A DNA stretch of 52,646 nt, the filler included, from Sphacelaria rigidula (taxonomy: Eukaryota), in assembly GCA_964200075.2 (NCBI GenBank). It is 3 parts of 3 records of this genome, joined end to end, with 100 filler letters (N's around TTAATTAATTAA, not from the genome) between each part and the next. Parts side by side here need not be neighbours in the genome. Positions count along the whole stretch, not along the records: positions 17,588 to 35,067 come from CAXNAA020001070.1; positions 35,168 to 52,646 come from CAXNAA020001071.1; 1 more part is not named here. The stretch is one strand, 5' to 3'. Shown piece by piece: positions 25,301 to 36,769 of this stretch (position 1 is its first letter; every line of letters begins with the position of its first letter). The notes beneath the pieces are model-generated. The model was given only the letters and a program-made list of their open reading frames with translations, ran no database searches and had not been told where the DNA came from. Both the position numbers and the translations under genes were made by a program.

Positions 25301-26814
25301 CCCACCCGCTATGTTTCACGCCGAGACCGGGCCGGGCCGTGTAAACCAATGGTCAGGTGGCGGCGGTGACGGCGGCAGTGGTGAGAATGGTCATGGAGGT
25401 AGCGGCAACCCGTCACCCGCTGGGCCGGCAGGGGGGCATGCTGGCCACGGCACACAGCAGTGGAACCATCAACCGCCGCCGCCGCCGCCGCCGTCGCATC
25501 AGCAGCAGCCACCGCTGCCCCCAGCAGGTGGTCAACAGAGACAACATCTGGCAGTCGGAGGAAGCGAAGGCGGCGGTGTGGAGGTGAGATCCATTGCGAC
25601 CGACCAAACCCACGCGGTTGTAGCGGCGGGGGCAGTGACCGCTGCCTCCAGCGACGGTGCCATGTCCGAAATTAGCAGGAGGGATGAGGTGGAGAGGCAA
25701 CACGCCGAACAGCAGAGGGAAATGGATAAGCTTCGAGGGGACCATCAACGAGAGCAACACCAGGAGAGACTCCGGCACCAGGAGGCGTTATTGCGAGCAC
25801 GGCAGGCACTCGGGGGTGGTGGTGTCGGCGGGGTGCACGAAGCGAGAGAGAGACCGCCACCCCTGCCACCACCGCCTGAAGGAGCGCCTCCTCTCCCGCC
25901 GTCGACGGCGATACTCCGTGGTGGTGGTGGTAATGCCGTAGCTCAAGATTTGTTAGCGCAGGTAAATGCTCAGCACGGCGAGAATAGCAAGCGATTAGCG
26001 TGGAAGCAACAACATGAGTTGCAGCAGCTCCAGAAGAAGCAGGTGGAGGACCAAAGAGCTCTGCGAGAACTGCACGACAGTGGCCGCATGCAGCAGCAGC
26101 AGAAGCAGCAGCAACAACCATGGCAAGGGCATACTCAGGGAACCAGCGGACTCGGCGGCGCTGCCGTCGAAACGGAAGGGATGGACAATCTGCAGCAACA
26201 GCAGCAGCAGCAGCAGCAGCAACAACAACAGCACCAACCTTCGCCGCCGTTGCCGCCACCGCTGCCACCGCTGCCACCGACTGGCGCGGCAGCAGCAGCA
26301 GGCCCAGCAGATGGGGAAAACACGAGCAGTCATGCCCCATCAAATGGGCAATATCTCCAGCAAGATATGCAGTCCCACCAGCCGCAAGGATGGGGACCAA
26401 GCGGCGGGGCCAGTGGAGGCGATCATCACGGGTGGGACCCTGTACAGCCGCCGCCACCACGGCCTCCGCCGCCTCCGCCGCCGCCGCCTGGTGTAGCGCC
26501 TTTTCTAGGAGGGCTTTCGGGGATACATTCACCCTCCGCTGGGTTGCCCCAACCCCCCGGGCCTCCTTTGCCACCGGGAAACGGAGTGGGGCAAACACAA
26601 AGCCAGTCTCCGCCGCTGCCACCGCCCCAGGCGACCGCACCGGCAGCACCGGGTACTTCAGGAATTGCGGGGAGTGGAGGCAGTGCTGTGGCCGCTGCGT
26701 TGCGGTCGTCACTGTTATCGCGGTTAGCGAATGCAGGGGTTACGCCAATGAACACATCCGGAGGGGCAGGTAGTCCGAGACCCCCACCATTTCCCGGAAA
26801 CCAACAGCATCCTA

Positions 26815-26853
<39 letters not shown>

Positions 26854-29800
26854 CACCACCACCACCACCACCCCATAATTACTTTCATCAACAGCAGCAA
26901 CAGCAGCAGCAGCAGCCGAACGCTATGTCCGTCCAGCCTGTCCTGCACCCTGGTCTGATGCCGTCGGCGCAACCAGCAGCAAGAACTACTGTACCGGTGG
27001 TGGCGCCGGTGGTGGCGCCGGCGCCGGCGCCGCGGCCGAGACATTGTGTAGAAGTGTCGAGTGTTTTCGAACAGCCGGGGCGTCAGTTTCGCCCAGAGAA
27101 GATATGCGTGATACTACGGGGGCTGCCTGGGTCCGGCAAGTCGCATGTCACAAGGTTGCTGCGGGATCTCGAACACGTGAGTTTTTTTTCTGCCTTTTTC
27201 CCTTGTGCCAAGCTATCAGTGCAACTTCTCCGCCTGTCGGAGTATGTTTTTTCTTTTTGCCTTGCTATATCGTATATGCCGGTCACTGCACGGATGGTAT
27301 TGCACACGCTATGGCTTTGCTCAAACCCGCGCGAGTTGGTGATTGCACGTGTGTACGTTTTCGTTTCGTGATCCAAGGTGTTGTTTCGTGAGTATTTTTT
27401 TCATCATCTCTGGATGCTTGTGCCACCTGGCCTCTCGATGTTTACGGTCCAAGTCTTGAAATTTTTGCTCTCCGATTTCGTGACGAGACTTACGGCAGTG
27501 TCGCAGCACGTGGGAAGTAGAATGCCCCCCCCCCCCCCCCCCCCCCCCCCCACCCCCCCCCTCCTGAGCGGACGGGCTCAATTGGAGTTCGTAATTGAAT
27601 TCGCGCGTGGAGAGACGACCCTTGAATGGTGGAGCCGTTGTCGTGCACATGCTGGTCATCACGATTTGTCGTGAAGACGCGACAATCAGCAGCGTATTGC
27701 CTTCTCAGTAGTCGGCACGGCAAGAGCAGTAGCGGCGATCGCAACGGCTGGTTTGGGGTCGTGCTTTGTGCGAAAGTAAGATATGTAAGCACACACGGGA
27801 GAGTGATGGTGTGAAATGCATCATCATATGTGCATCTTCCTACGTGGCGACGCGAAACAAACGCAAATCGGACCACCGTCACAAATGAGAGACTGCTGCG
27901 TCGAGGGCCGCCAATCGAAGACTCCAGTCTACTATCGGCTGTTGGTTGTGTCCTGGGTCGGTGACGCTGCGGTGCCCCCTGGTGTGTGTTTGTACCTGCT
28001 CTCCTGTTCTGAATCCTTCGGGCTTTACCACTTCTATAGTCTCCTTGTCTGCTCTCCCTTCCCCATACTTCTACCCGTGTATTTGTTTTTTCCTGCCGGT
28101 GTATGCCAAAGCCGTTGGGTGCCTCGCTTCGGTAGGGTCCATTGACGAGAGGTTTCATACCCAAAATAGTGAGGTCGTGGTTAATGAGCCGCAATCTTTT
28201 TTTATGATAGGGTTCAAGAGTGGTTCCTGCGCAAGATCATTCTCACCGAAGCCATGTGGCAAAAAGAAGCCGATCATTTTTATTTATTTATTTTCTTTAT
28301 TCTGTTACCCTTTTTTCTTCTTTTTCTTGGTCTACTCTATTGGTCTGTTTTACGTTTTTTTTTCGCAAGTGTTTTAGTTCTGTCGTTGTCTCGGGCACGT
28401 CTAGGATGTGACGGCTGGATCCTTGAGGGATCAGTTGAAGTCCGACAATCAATCAAAATTAAAAACAAATCTTCGTCCCTCAGCCGATAGCACAGGTATG
28501 CTGTAGGCCTTATGCCAAAAGAAACTTGGAATATTTTCACATCACTCCTGCTGAGCGTCCGCATCCATCTAGCGCCCGTCTACGCCGACAATTGAACCAT
28601 CGTTCGAGATCTCAGGACACGGCCTGCAAACAAATCTCGAAACGGAAAGCGTGAGTTGATCAAAGGATCGATATCCCAAGAAAAATCCCACTTTTACCTC
28701 GCTTCTCCCGTCCCGCTACCGCCGCGTCAGTGTGGTCCTCAGCAATATCCACCCACACACTCTCTTGACCAACATATGATCATTGGAACCGGACGTTAAT
28801 ACCTCACACAAAACACAGGAGGTCTCGGGACAAAAGCCTCGAGTGCTGAGCATAGATGACTACTACATGACCGAGGTGACAGAGGAGAAGAAGGATGACC
28901 GAGGCGTGAAGCGAAAAATGGCAGTCATGAAGTATCAGCACGACGCCGAGATGGAGGAGGTGAAACGTTTTTGCGAATTCTGGAGATGGGGGAAGTTGGA
29001 AATTACACCCCAATAAAAATATGCGTGATATACTGGAATCGACTATCGTTGGAGTTTTTTTTGGGGGGGGGGTGAGGGGCGAGGGGTCACAACTGCTAAG
29101 GAACCAGGAGGAAACTTCGAAGCCTTGCCTCCGCGGCCAAGTAAAATATGTGATCTGGCAATCCCGCCGACTCGTGGAGGTTGACAGCAGTATAGGCGCA
29201 GGTGGCTTCTAGTTGGCCGGCCGAACGCCTGACGAACCTTTCTCGGCGTATCGTGTCGAGCAAAGGTGTTCCAGCTTGTCATGCCTGAGAGGAAGGGTTG
29301 GGGTTTTGTAGACCGAATATGCCGGAGCCCCCGCAGCAAGCAGTCGCTGATGGAAGCAGGTAGTTTTGGGGAAGGACAAGGTTACCGCTGTGGTTCCATG
29401 CTTTTTGTTTGTCCGTGTGTGTCAACGTGGGATCGTCCTGCTCCATTGAGTGTTGTGGCTGGGGGGGCAAAATGTTCCTTGACTTGAAGCAAGGCTGTAC
29501 ACTGGTACAAGTCGACCGCGAGTCAGAAAGATCGAGCTGATGTAATATACAGAAAAATCAATCACTCGTGAAACAGCTGAGCTTGGGAGCTTACCACAGA
29601 CCGTGTCGCACCCTGTGAAAAGAGTGTAAGAAAATATCAATTACACCTGACCAGTTGCCCTGTACTGAATGTCTCTACCCCCCCCCCTCCCATCCCCCGC
29701 CTCCGCCTCCGCCGCCGCCGTTGTCCTTCCCCCTTCTGTCGTTATGCGTCCCTTGCTCCTCGCCCCAAAACGTGAAAAAGCTTTACCAGGCCAACCTGCT

Positions 29801-32800
29801 GCGCTCCGTGCGGAAGACGGCTGCGGAAGGTTTGTTCCCGCTCTTCCTCGTCGATAGCCCGCACGCCTCTAGGCGAGACCTAGAGGACGTGTGGGGTGCG
29901 GCAAAAAGGGCAGGTTTCGAGGCCTACGTGGTAGACCTGTTTGACGTCGGCCTGCAGGTGGGAGCGCGAGCGCAGCGACAATGTTCTCTCTCCCTTCTCA
30001 TATCTCTTTTCCCTTTTTCCCTTTTTTTTTTCTCTCCACCCCCTCCTCCCCGCCTCTTCGCACGTTCGTGTTGGTAGTGTTTGCCAATCGGGTACAGAAC
30101 TAAACACTCATACTTCTGCGTTCGTGCTGTTGTATACATATATGTATACTTTTTTTCCTCCGAGAAAATAAGTGACGAAGAAAAAAAAAAAGAAAAAGAA
30201 GAGGAGAACAAACGCACTCGAAAATTTCGACAGTGAAGGACGTCTTTGCAGGGCAAATATGCACTGAAGAATCGTATTCCCGATAAACAACACCCAGACA
30301 TACATGCCTCACACACAAATTCCTGCCCACACACGTGTCATCTCTCGCTATGACGCCCCAGTCAAGCACGTGTCTTTGCGTCCTTGTCGGTTTTGGAAAT
30401 TTTGCGCATGTGCCTGCTCTTCCTCCTGAATCCGTAATGTGGCGTTGCTTTCTGCTCGCCCCCCCCCCCCCCCCCCCGCGCGCGCCGTCTCGAAAGGGCC
30501 GCGTGGTTAACGGTCAAACCACTGAGGCAAGCAACAAATGAGTACGCCCCCCCCCCCCTGCTCCACCCTCCCTACACCCGTCTGCAACTTGATCCGCTTC
30601 TTCGTTCCTTGTTGCCTCCTCCCCTCCCCTCCCCTCCCCTCCCCTACCCGCACCTCCTCTCCCCCCTCCTCATATGTGTGGTACCACCCTGTGGACGGTT
30701 TGGCTGGTGTGCATGCTGGCACTGGCGCCCTGGAATCTGGTGATGTGCTGGGGTTTGGAATGGGCCGCTTCTCTTTGATGTCATGCGGATTGGGGGCGGG
30801 ACGGCATGGGACGGGATTGGTGCTTCAACGGTTGCTGCTGGCCTCGTGTTGTTGTCGCGGGTTTGTGTGGGACCGACATTTCATTTTACTTGTAATTTTT
30901 GTGAAGGTGTGCTTGAGCAGAGATACTCACGGTTGGGGGCGGGCTAACCTGGAGGCGATGCTGGCCAAGTACGAACCCACGCCGGAGCACATGATTCTTA
31001 TGGACGTCAAGGTGTGTTGGAAGTGTGTGCACTTCTGTTTTTGTATACATGGCATACATACATGTGTATGTATGATATTTTTCATATCTGTCGGAGTTTC
31101 ACCGTCGCCAAGCTACTTTGCCCTTCCTGTGACAGCAGTAGCAACACGGCCATCAGCACGCCAAGGGAATCCGTCTCCTTCTCTTGTATGTGTGTTTCGA
31201 ACGATTCTGTGATCTGTCTCTTTGTTTTTTCTTCCCATCTATTTTTGTTCATTGAACGCAAGTGTACTGTGTACCGAGGTGGTTGAAGCAAGTCAGCATC
31301 ATGCCACGCGCTACCCATCCCCCCCACCCCCCCTGCTTTTACGCATCAGAAACTGACGGGAGAGGTGTCGACGATCGACGAGGTGGAGATGTCTGAGGAT
31401 GACGACGAAGACATGGCCGCGAGCGAACAAGACACCGAGCAAGCGGCGGCGGCGGGTACTGGGGACAGGGACAGCGCGCTGCTGCAGCCGGGGGGCAATG
31501 CTGCCGGCGCGTGGGCAACAGCGATCAGCGGCGGTGCTGAAGGGTCACCGACGTCTTCGGCTAGTGGACGAGGGAGGTACGAGGGCTGGAGATGGGTAAC
31601 CAGTGGCGGCGGCATAGACATGTATATGTATCATCTTCTGTTTTTGGAATTGCTTTTTGCGGATAGAGCGGTGACACGTGCACGACTTGCTAGTTAAGAA
31701 GCCCACGGTCCGGCTGCTATTTAAGAAGCTAAGGGTCCGGCTGCTAATCCCTGACCGCTCTTTATATGTTGTGTACATGACTTACGTGTATGCATGTTTA
31801 CTTTCCTAAAAACAAATGTACCAGCGGCGGGCGATGGGGCGCCGCGGATGCGTCATCAGCGACATCTGCTTCGAACACTGGCACCGCCGCGTCGTCGTCA
31901 GCGAGTGCCGCCGCAAGGAGCAGCGGCAGCAGGAAGTGGGATAGCGACAGCGACGACGACGACGATGGTCACGGTGGCGCTCGTGTGTCCGGCGGCAAGA
32001 CCGAGAGCACCGGAATGTCCGACCGCAGTGATGGTAAGGGAGGCAGTGGTTACATGGCGAGCGGCAGCGGCAGTGGTGGCAGCAGGAAGCGCCGGAAAGA
32101 CGGATGGGGGGGGGAGAGCAAGAAGGTTGGGAGACGTGCTCTATCGGTGGGTACTTCTGTGTGGTCGTACATAGGGTCAAAGCTCTTGGAAGTAGGGCGG
32201 CGCGTGAACTGCGACGAGTTGACAGGGGGTTTTGGTGGATCGGATCCCTACACTGCTTTGAGCAAAGCTCGCCAACGCTGGAGGTGCCTGCCCCACATCA
32301 CTGCCGCTAGGCATTCTAGCGGAGCCTCGGGGTAATCGGCACACGAACCCGCTTGCGGGGTAGGTGTCGGGTCAGGATTTCTCCTTCATTCAAGGGGGGA
32401 AAAAAAGCACGGTTAAGACGAATCATCACAACCGCGAATCACCAAGTCCATGATTTCTTCGGCCTGATTGCCCAAAAGGGAGAAGAAAGTTGACCGCTGG
32501 TCCAAGGGGTTTCCACGCAACTTTTGCGCCATTCCACGTGTCGGGGCTACGTGTACCTGGTTTATAACGCTGAAAACAAAGGCTCGTGATTGATTCGTAC
32601 GAGTCGAATCAGATACACTAAAACCAAGTAATTTACAGACGAATCATTATTTGTCCGACCCTTGGAAAAGAGGAGTTCAACCTGGTGTTTCGACTGATGG
32701 GGAAAAGGTGGATGTACTGCACGTACCTGTATTGATGCTAGGGGGTTGAGGAGTGTGAATAGCGGGTCTTCTCCGTACCGTGCTATCTTTGGATAGGAGT

Positions 32801-34860
32801 GATGGTGTGGAACACGACAAGACAAAATATTGACAGAAAAAGGACCCTTGAAATGTATCTTTGTAGAATCGAACAGTCTGCCAGTGAATCTGGGAGAGTT
32901 GACGCCACCTGTCTGGCGGTGCTGTGGGCGACCTTTCAGGGTATGCAGCAGCCTCGCAATTCCCGCCTGTCGGAGGAAGGGAACGCTGGTTTCCGTGGCC
33001 CACACGATAAATATGCTCCGGCTGTGGTGTGAGGAGAGGTGCACCGCCCGAGGGCACCAAGTAACCACGGTCCGATCTCAAAGTGTTGCGCAATCGACTC
33101 CTTTTGGGGGGGGGGGAAGTGCATCGTCGATGTTCTCGAACCACTGTCCCCCACAAGCCACCGTTGAATTTGGTGGACCGCCGTTTCGTCGGTGTGGGCG
33201 TCATTCTCCATTTCTGATCACGTGTGCTACACATGAACATCCTGCGTTTACCTCACTGCTGCAGTCACCCCCCCCCCTTCTTTCCGCCCTCCCCGAAGTA
33301 GGGGGCTTGAGAGGTGGAAACTCATTGTTGGGTCATTTTCCAGGTGTAGGTAGGTTTACCGTGCGTACCACGTGAGGTTTGGGCGCCACTTTTAACCTCT
33401 TGGCGATGCTCTCGGTAGCGCTTGACGCAAACTCTGGACGCTCGGACTCCGAAGAAACCGATGTTTAGCTTTGTCGGTGAGAGACGTTGATGTTGCTGTT
33501 CTCAGACACTGACGGACCCCCGAAGCGGCCGGTCATCTTCACAAAACACGCAGACGTTAGTTGAGAGGTTCAGTAATGGAAAAAACATGTGTATCAGTCC
33601 TGCTCATTTGCGGATCACAGACGAAGAAAACAGAGCGCGCATTGGCTCACACAATTTGATGTGCTCTGTCCTGCGCTTATCGGTACATTCTATCCTCTCA
33701 TGTTGCGGCATACTGTGTTCCGCCTCCTTGCTCTATCTATCACAGAGTATGGTAACAGCCTATGGAAGCGCGTTGCCGCAGGTCAAGTCTGTCACCTGGG
33801 CAGACCCAGTAGACGACTGCGGCGGAACAGGCGTTGGCGGCGGGCAAAACCAACGTGGCAAGGCGGCCGCCGTCGAGGCTCGGGAAGAGGGGAAGTTTTG
33901 GAGTGCCGCAGCAAGCGGAGGAGGCGGTGGCGGTGGCGGGATGGGTGTGGTGGATAAAGATGAGGATGAAGCTCGACAGGGCTTCCAGATTGGGGCGGTT
34001 CATTTGCTCAAGAAACAGGTACGCGTGCGTGGGAATTTAGGGCGGTGTGCCGGTGCGCGAGAGCGGGATGAGGGAAAGGAGGGGGGGGTCGTGTGGAGAA
34101 TGACGTATTTGCATAGACAACACCGTTTCGAGAATGCAAAAACTTGCTTTCTGTCAAGGTTTCGAGAGAGTGTTTTCCTGCAGATGGTAAGATCTTGTGG
34201 CTGGGGGAAGGGGGTGAAAAGTGCACGGTTTGAAACTGGGGAGGGTGCCGTCAGGGGATGTATACAGGAGTTCACTGTTGTTTCACTCAGTCAACTTAGT
34301 TTTTCGTTTAAAAAAAAAAAAATTAAACGACGTTTGGCTCACAGTACCGTGGTGAAATGACACATACCGAAATTATCAAAGGGGGGGCAAGGCCGCACGA
34401 AAAAATGTTTTCTTCACATCAACAGTACGTACCCCGAGGGTACTCTGAATCAAAGTAGAATTAAGTTTTTTTTTGTCTTGTTTTTTTTTCACCACGAACG
34501 CTAAAACCACTGATTTATTTTCAATAATGTCGACCACCCTCACCACCTTAGGACGTAAATCTCGCCGTCTTCAGCTATGGACGTGTACAATCCTTGGCGA
34601 AAAAAGGAAATGCGAGTTTGAACGGCTTCCCACGTTTTTTCTTTTTCTTTGTTTTCCTCACCACAATACTTTGGTGTGTGTATTATTGTCTTGTGACGTC
34701 TTTCCTAACATCGCCTGGTCGTCGTTGTGCTCTTGGTTATTGTGGTTTCTGGTGCTGCTGCTTTCCCCCGGTGGATGGGTCTTTCGTTTCGTCGTCGTTA
34801 ACGGTCGTGCAGCAAGAGAAACGAGAAGGTGATGAGCGGCGACGGAAATTCCGCGAGCAG
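21185..34860 (+). CDS. YLPM1: YLP motif-containing protein 1 (YLPM1/ZAP3) orthologue: Q/P-rich N-terminus, P-loop nucleoside-kinase-like domain, PP1-binding motif; 11 exons, about 1,208 codons, 3' end missing
   Basis: The spliced product reads RPEKICVILRGLPGSGKSHVTRLLRDLEH-EVSGQKPRVLSIDDYYMTEV...VMKYQHDAEMEE-LYQANLLRSVRKTAAEGLFPLFLVD...WGAAKRAGFEAYV...PEHMILMDVK...IDEVEM...KSVTWAD...GFQIG. This parallels, in order, the animal YLPM1 C-terminal motifs as I recall them (RGLPGSGK, RVLSLDDYF, EAEMEE, GFFPFIILD, WSAAK.KGFEVY, IEEVEM, RVRWAD). All exon phases are consistent. Confidence 0.92.
24067..24107. repeat. Poly-G homopolymer (similar poly-C tracts at ~27525-27560 and 30459-30477)
   Basis: Seen directly. 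Confidence 0.95.
24347..24532 (+). CDS. YLPM1: YLPM1 exon 2
   Basis: CCGCAG acceptor; MQPSGGG...LQEQQ; CAG|GTTCGT donor. Confidence 0.8.
24796..24891 (+). CDS. YLPM1: YLPM1 exon 3 (TAGCAG tandem acceptor; GC donor)
   Basis: GWNGIGQGHNPDF-polyQ-WPPQQQ; followed by CAG|GCAAGA and an in-frame TGA. Confidence 0.7.
25215..27176 (+). CDS. YLPM1: YLPM1 exon 4 (poly-Q/poly-P region and P-loop)
   Basis: CGCCAG acceptor; in frame with ORF 25233-27371; CAC|GTGAGT donor. Confidence 0.92.
28819..28959 (+). CDS. YLPM1: YLPM1 exon 5
   Basis: ACACAG acceptor; PRVLSIDDYY; GAG|GTGAAA donor. Confidence 0.92.
29781..29957 (+). CDS. YLPM1: YLPM1 exon 6
   Basis: AAAAAG acceptor; LYQANLL...VGLQ; CAG|GTGGGA donor. 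Confidence 0.9.
30907..31011 (+). CDS. YLPM1: YLPM1 exon 7
   Basis: GTGAAG acceptor; VCLSRDTHG...MDVK; AAG|GTGTGT donor. Confidence 0.88.
31350..31576 (+). CDS. YLPM1: YLPM1 exon 8
   Basis: CATCAG acceptor; KLTGEVSTIDEVEM; AG|GTACGA donor, phase 2. Confidence 0.85.
31825..32125 (+). CDS. YLPM1: YLPM1 exon 9
   Basis: ACCAG acceptor, phase 2; SRKWDSDSDDDD; AAG|GTTGGG donor. Confidence 0.8.
33782..34018 (+). CDS. YLPM1: YLPM1 exon 10 (RVxF-type motif KSVTW)
   Basis: CCGCAG acceptor; VKSVTWAD...QGFQIG; CAG|GTACGC donor. Confidence 0.85.
34813..34860 (+). CDS. YLPM1: YLPM1 exon 11
   Basis: GTGCAG acceptor; QEKREGDERRRKFREQ; CAG|GTGAGC donor; no stop found before the contig end. Confidence 0.65.
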
Positions 34861-35067
34861 GTGAGCGAGCGTTGCGTTGTCGACCAGGATTTTTTTTGCT
34901 TTGTCTTTCTTTTTTCCTTCCTTCTTGACAATATTCCGAGGGTAGGTGGAGTATTGGGGGAAAAAAGCGCTCGAAAGTGAACACGTGAATATTCTTCCGC
35001 AAGCCTGAGGGACTTCGACGAAATGAACAAGATCTACTTTTTACTTCGTGTGTCAAGCTTGCGCTGA

Positions 35068-35167
35068 NNNNNNNNNNNNNNNNNNNNNNNNNNNNNNNNN
35101 NNNNNNNNNNNTTAATTAATTAANNNNNNNNNNNNNNNNNNNNNNNNNNNNNNNNNNNNNNNNNNNN
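35068..35167. other. Artificial contig spacer (44 N + TTAATTAATTAA + 44 N)
   Basis: Identical to the first spacer. Confidence 0.98.
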
Positions 35168-35685
35168 GGCCGCGATTTCCCTCTTTGTTGCAAGCGGCAA
35201 TCTCTCTTCGAAGGGCATGGGCATTGCTACGCACATGCGGTACAGTACGCCTCTCCGACTGCAGCAGAAGCCGCCGCTGCATACCCATTCACATGTTCTG
35301 GGCAGGTCTGCGCGACGGAGATTAGCTGGCTATACACAGCTTGTTCTCACTGCATGCTGTACCGCCTGAGTACAGGGATACGCAGAACTCATGCCTCTAG
35401 CTCCATATCTCGTTCCATGGCGTCGCTAGATTCAGTCGCCTTGTGAAGATGAGCACATATAAAGTAGGGTACGCTTTTCCCGTACTTCCCCCGAGCACCC
35501 TGTATAAGTGTAATTACTATATTTTGCTATGGGATGATCACCCAAAACAAATCGGGGGAATGCAGGAAGGACCTATGTAAAATACAAGTGAATGGCAACA
35601 ATCAGGAAAAAGAGTCACGACCATCGCGGCTTTCTTTTGCTTCGAAAGCTCTTTTGTGGACCAGGAACAAGGTACACACAAACTC

Positions 35686-36018
35686 CACACGCGGCCATTC
35701 GGCTACACCCCTAAATGCCTCCGGAGGGATGCGCGGCCCTCCAGGGGGAAAACAAGCCTCCGGAGACCTTCCATCCGTCTGGAGGGAACTAAACCCTACC
35801 GACCCGGAGGGCCGCGCACCCCTCTGGAGGAAATTGGGAGTATGCGCGGCCCTCCGGAGGCAAGAATAAGCCTCCGGAGGCGTTCAATCCCTCTGGAGGA
35901 AACCAAAAAATCTCCCCTGGAGGGCCGCGCACCCTTCCGGAGGCGTTCAATTTCTCCGGAGGCTCGAAAAGTGTACCCATCTGGAGGAAGTTTGGAGGTA
36001 GCCAAATGGCCGCGTGTG
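35686..36018. mobile_element. Non-autonomous CACAC-ended (EnSpm/CACTA-like) element, 333 bp
   Basis: 21-bp TIRs CACACGCGGCCATTCGGCTAC / GTAGCCAAATGGCCGCGTGTG (one mismatch); TC on both flanks (2-bp TSD); interior built from repeated CCTCCGGAGG/CCTCTGGAGG motifs. Confidence 0.85.
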
Positions 36019-36185
36019 TCGGCAGTGAGATCACTCCGGGCGACAGCCCTCCGCACTGTCCGTTCGCATGTGGTCGATAAATTTGGCCTTGCCGTGATTG
36101 GGCAGGCCTCTCCCAGACCTCTTTATTGTCATTTAACTAACAAATAGTGAACCCCTTGCTACTGAAGATCAGTCCCAAAAGTCTC

Positions 36186-36442
36186 TAGACAACTCTCCGT
36201 GCTTTTTATCTAACTGAAGCGTATAGTACTATATGAGAGAAGTCTGCGTTCCTTCCTCGTCAATTTGGGAACAAAGCTGAGAAATGACCAGGAAGAACGT
36301 TCTTAGGATCAATCTGTACAGTACCGTTTCGCATCAGCTAACCTGCCGCATTTTCTACCAACGACCTCGGAACAGTATACCGGATCTTCCGCTCTTGTAT
36401 CTCACGCTGTTCCGCATGAGTCAAAGCACCACATGATCAACA
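36186..36442 (-). repeat. 3' LTR (partial) of the copia element; polypurine tract AGGGAGGG at 36443-36450
   Basis: Aligns with 41936-42136; both end ...ATCAACA on + (TGTTGAT on -); purine run immediately internal. Confidence 0.85.
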
Positions 36443-36769
36443 CCCTCCCTAGTTTTGCACATTGGGAATTCGAATAAACGTGAAAAAAAATGCATTCAAT
36501 TATGACTCACAGGAATTGACGGAACACTTCGAACTACAGCCCCCCCCCCTCCCAAATGTTCCCTACCAACACAAACCGCATCCAATTTGGAACGGAAATA
36601 TAGTCTAGCCTCGACCATGACACGGATTTCATGAGAATGCACTTTACCCCTGATGGAAAACACTAAGCTAAACCTCGCAGTGGCATCTCAATCGAAACGT
36701 TCATAGCTTGACGTCAAACCCATACAAGGTCCGAGACTCATACTTCAGTCGACAAAGTTGCCTAAGTTA

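Noticed and set aside
35715..35997. Regularly recurring palindromic CCTCCGGAGG motifs resembling a CRISPR array
   Set aside because: Repeats are short and irregular, the spacers are themselves repeated, the context is eukaryotic and enclosed by TIRs, and there are no cas genes
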